Of a DNA stretch of 53,793 nucleotides, positions 53,273 to 53,793 are shown piece by piece; positions within the stretch are counted from its first letter, which is position 1; each line of letters starts with the position of its first letter. Source of the DNA: Clostridia bacterium (lineage in GTDB: Bacteria; Bacillota; Clostridia; Christensenellales; Borkfalkiaceae); contig CAAGLC010000120.1 of the NCBI GenBank assembly GCA_900770685.1, forward strand, positions 1-53,793. The letters run 5' to 3'. Under the pieces are notes generated by a model. That model worked only from the letters and a program-made list of their open reading frames with translations, was not told where the DNA came from and searched no databases. The translations under genes were made by a program, and so were the position numbers.

Positions 53273-53793
53273 TTACGAAATATATCTTTTAACTAGTTCT
53301 AAGGCGTTTTTTTCTAATCTACTTACTTGGGCTTGAGAAATGCCAACTTCATTGGATATTTCCGTTTGCGTTTTGCCCTCGTAGTATCTTAAATACAAAA
53401 TCTTTCTTTCACGCTCGCCTAAGCAATTTATCGCAGAGTCTAAAGCAACTCTTTCCGTCCATTTTTCTTCGGTGTTCTTCTCGTCGCCGATTTGGTCGAC
53501 TAAAAGTAATTGGTCGCCGTTTTTATTATATACGGGGTCGAACAAAGATACGGTGTCTGAAATTGCATCCATTGCATAAACTACTTCCTTTAAGGCAACG
53601 TTCATTGCATCGGCAATTTCTTGAAAGGAAACTTGCTCATTTTCTTTTTCCAACATACTTCTCGTTTTTAAGACCTGATAAGCGGTATCACGTATCGAGC
53701 GAGACACCCTAAGCGAGTTTACGTCCCTTAAAAACCTTTTTACTTCTCCGATAATCATTGGAACGGCGTAAGTGGAAAACTTTACCCCTACCG
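53273..53793 (-). CDS. sigG: Sporulation sigma factor, SigG-like (SigF not excluded); N-terminus outside the window
   Basis: The frame is open to the window edge. VKFSTYAVPMIIGEVKRFLRD...VSRSIRD and ISQAQVSRLEK are forespore sigma (F/G) signatures. Having ylmC downstream mirrors the B. subtilis sigG neighbourhood. Confidence 0.75.
   Translation of the reverse strand, partial: VGVKFSTYAVPMIIGEVKRFLRDVNSLRVSRSIRDTAYQVLKTRSMLEKENEQVSFQEIADAMNVALKEVVYAMDAISDTVSLFDPVYNKNGDQLLLVDQIGDEKNTEEKWTERVALDSAINCLGERERKILYLRYYEGKTQTEISNEVGISQAQVSRLEKNALELVKRYIS

Overview
This window reads as a low-GC chromosomal segment from a spore-forming Firmicute (Clostridia-like). Most genes are on the minus strand and coding density is high. 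No database or covariance-model search was run, so all product calls rest on motifs I recognise in the translations.

**Housekeeping genes**
- Translation and tRNA charging: alaS, cysS, cysE, serS, infC-rpmI-rplT with an L20-type leader, an EF-G paralog, tRNA-Arg(ACG) and tRNA-Thr(CGU).
- Protein quality control and repair: lon-engB, uvrC, htrA, and groES-groEL with a CIRCE operator.
- Central metabolism: gap, fba, fruK.
- Sporulation: spoIIID, ylmC, and a sigG-like sigma factor cut by the window edge.

**Largest functional block, about 18.9-30.0 kb**
- It is a coenzyme-B12-centred glutamate fermentation island using the methylaspartate pathway.
- It contains glmS-glmL-glmE-mal, then citDEF/citC/citXG-type lyase genes that are probably citramalate lyase, then a PduO-type adenosyltransferase.
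- A cobalamin riboswitch follows, driving a DUF4430 lipoprotein and an ECF S-component.

**Candidates for undescribed biology, best first**
1. A minus-strand operon (42.3-45.2 kb) pairs an HprK-like P-loop kinase with a PqqD-type RiPP recognition protein. These are coupled to DUF1846 and a membrane-anchored acidic protein. No RiPP core enzyme or precursor is visible nearby.
2. A 0.7-kb terminator-bounded cassette (30.1-30.9 kb) holds an XRE repressor divergent from an unannotated 50-aa zinc-ribbon ORF and a 41-aa transmembrane peptide.
3. A tRNA-Arg 3'-end-derived, GC-rich structured element has its own terminator.
4. A terminator-containing leader I cannot classify sits upstream of an ATPase-less NMT1-type ABC transporter.
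5. A compact AlaRS lacks the beta-barrel and C-Ala modules.
6. An unannotated 52-aa ORF lies divergent from an ArsR-family regulator.
7. Several promoters sit so close to their ATG that the mRNAs may be leaderless.

No CRISPR array, integrase, transposase or rRNA gene was seen.
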